A DNA stretch of 36,746 nucleotides from Nanobdellota archaeon (GTDB lineage Archaea; Nanobdellota; Nanobdellia; Pacearchaeales; GW2011-AR1), in NCBI GenBank assembly GCA_038045965.1, contig JBBSXD010000002.1, positions 1 to 36,746 on the forward strand, read 5' to 3'. Numbering within the stretch: position 1 is the stretch's first letter; the number at the start of each line of letters is the position of its first letter. This document shows, piece by piece, positions 35,687 through 36,746 of this stretch. The translations under genes and the position numbers were made by a program. Under the pieces are notes generated by a model that saw only the letters and a list, made by a program, of their open reading frames with translations, did no database searches and was not told the origin of the DNA.

Positions 35687-36745
35687 TTATATTAATTTTC
35701 TTTCTAATAAATACTGGTTAATTCCATTAATTGGTAACAATATATCTCCATTATTCATTGAATCTATAAATATAATCAAAGACCTCTCAAATTCATTGAC
35801 AATTTCCTTAGGAGAAATATTCCTACTTAATCCAGTCAAACCATTTAGAGAATCTAGATAAGAATTAATACTTTTAAAATAAGAGTTTAAAGAACTAATA
35901 TAAGATCTTCTTGCATTCTCATAAAAATAATCTGAATTTGATATTATATTAAAATTATTTAATTTGCTACTAAACAAATCACCCCTAAAATTATTTACTC
36001 TAGAAGAAAAAATACTATTAGGATAATTTTCTAAGAAAGTTTCACTTTCATTTAAAAATCTCTGAAAATTATTAGTTTCTCCCCTAATATAAGAATTATA
36101 ACCATCTATAAGAAGAACAAATTCTCTAAAATATTTAGGTAATAATCCATAACTAATCCCAACTTCAATTTTTCCTTTCAAACTCCTATTATGCCCTTTA
36201 ATCAATGACAAAACAAATTCTTCCGTCCGATAAATAGATCTAAAAAAAGTTTCAGCAACATCTTCATCAAAATTCATTGTAGCTAAATTACTAACAAACC
36301 CTCTATTTTCAAAAGAATTAGAATTATAATCTTTATTATAAAGAGACAATCCATCTTTATCAATAGAAAATTTTCTCCATTCCTTTTCAAAATCAGGATC
36401 TTTTTCAAGAATTTGATTTCCTCTAAAATGACCATACTCATGATGAATATTGATAGTAGAATTTGATCTTAGATTATTCTGTAAAACAATATCTCCATTA
36501 CTCAAATGTCTTCCTTCCTCCATCCCCATAAAATCCAAAGAATGAATATATCTCCCCTGTCCCATTAAGTTTCTATTATAAAATTTATTATTATCTATAG
36601 TAATAGATCTCAATCCTTTAAATTCAGTCTCTTCGTTTAGAACTTGATGTAAACGCAAGGCTTCTGAAAGCATTACCAATCCATAAAGATTATTCTGAGC
36701 ATCTTCCTTAAAAATATGCAAATCAACATCATATAATTCTCTAAA
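35687..36745 (-). CDS. Putative zinc metallopeptidase-like protein (5' end beyond window)
   Basis: HHEYGH plus downstream EDVAE; frame stays open to the window edge. Confidence 0.65.
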   Translation of the reverse strand, partial: FRELYDVDLHIFKEDAQNNLYGLVMLSEALRLHQVLNEETEFKGLRSITIDNNKFYNRNLMGQGRYIHSLDFMGMEEGRHLSNGDIVLQNNLRSNSTINIHHEYGHFRGNQILEKDPDFEKEWRKFSIDKDGLSLYNKDYNSNSFENRGFVSNLATMNFDEDVAETFFRSIYRTEEFVLSLIKGHNRSLKGKIEVGISYGLLPKYFREFVLLIDGYNSYIRGETNNFQRFLNESETFLENYPNSIFSSRVNNFRGDLFSSKLNNFNIISNSDYFYENARRSYISSLNSYFKSINSYLDSLNGLTGLSRNISPKEIVNEFERSLIIFIDSMNNGDILLPINGINQYLLERKLI

Positions 36746-36746
36746 T

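Overview
AT-rich chromosomal segment of an archaeon, most likely a DPANN lineage (Pacearchaeota/Woesearchaeota-like; inferred from thermosome, eL33/L35Ae, uL16/L10e, uS10, intronless tRNAs lacking encoded CCA, and mostly leaderless genes with a TATA box about 25 nt upstream of the ATG). Housekeeping genes include PEP synthase, an HtrA-like protease, a RecJ-like DHH nuclease, a DEAD-box helicase, a RimK-like ligase, a nitrilase-family hydrolase, BCP, an RbgA-like GTPase and four tRNAs (Asp, Tyr, Gly, Val). The most unusual feature is a set of small toxin-antitoxin (TA) cassettes with no integrase in the window, sitting at tRNA 3' ends. tRNA-Val(TAC) is followed by an MNT-HepT pair and then two decayed tRNA-Val(TAC) relics with different stem sequences. 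tRNA-Tyr is followed by a convergent RelE-like TA pair bracketed by a perfect 35-bp duplication of a promoter. tRNA-Asp is followed by a relic of its own 3' end and a decayed gene. Other points of interest are a membrane-anchored Schlafen/AlbA_2 protein, a bacterial-type cyclopropane fatty acid synthase, promoter-bearing microproteins missed by the ORF track (29-aa Arg-rich, 26-aa Asp/Glu-rich, 51-aa Zn ribbon), two orphan ORFs coupled between ribosomal protein genes, and IS200/IS605-like hairpin relics. All calls come from motif reading by eye; no searches were run.
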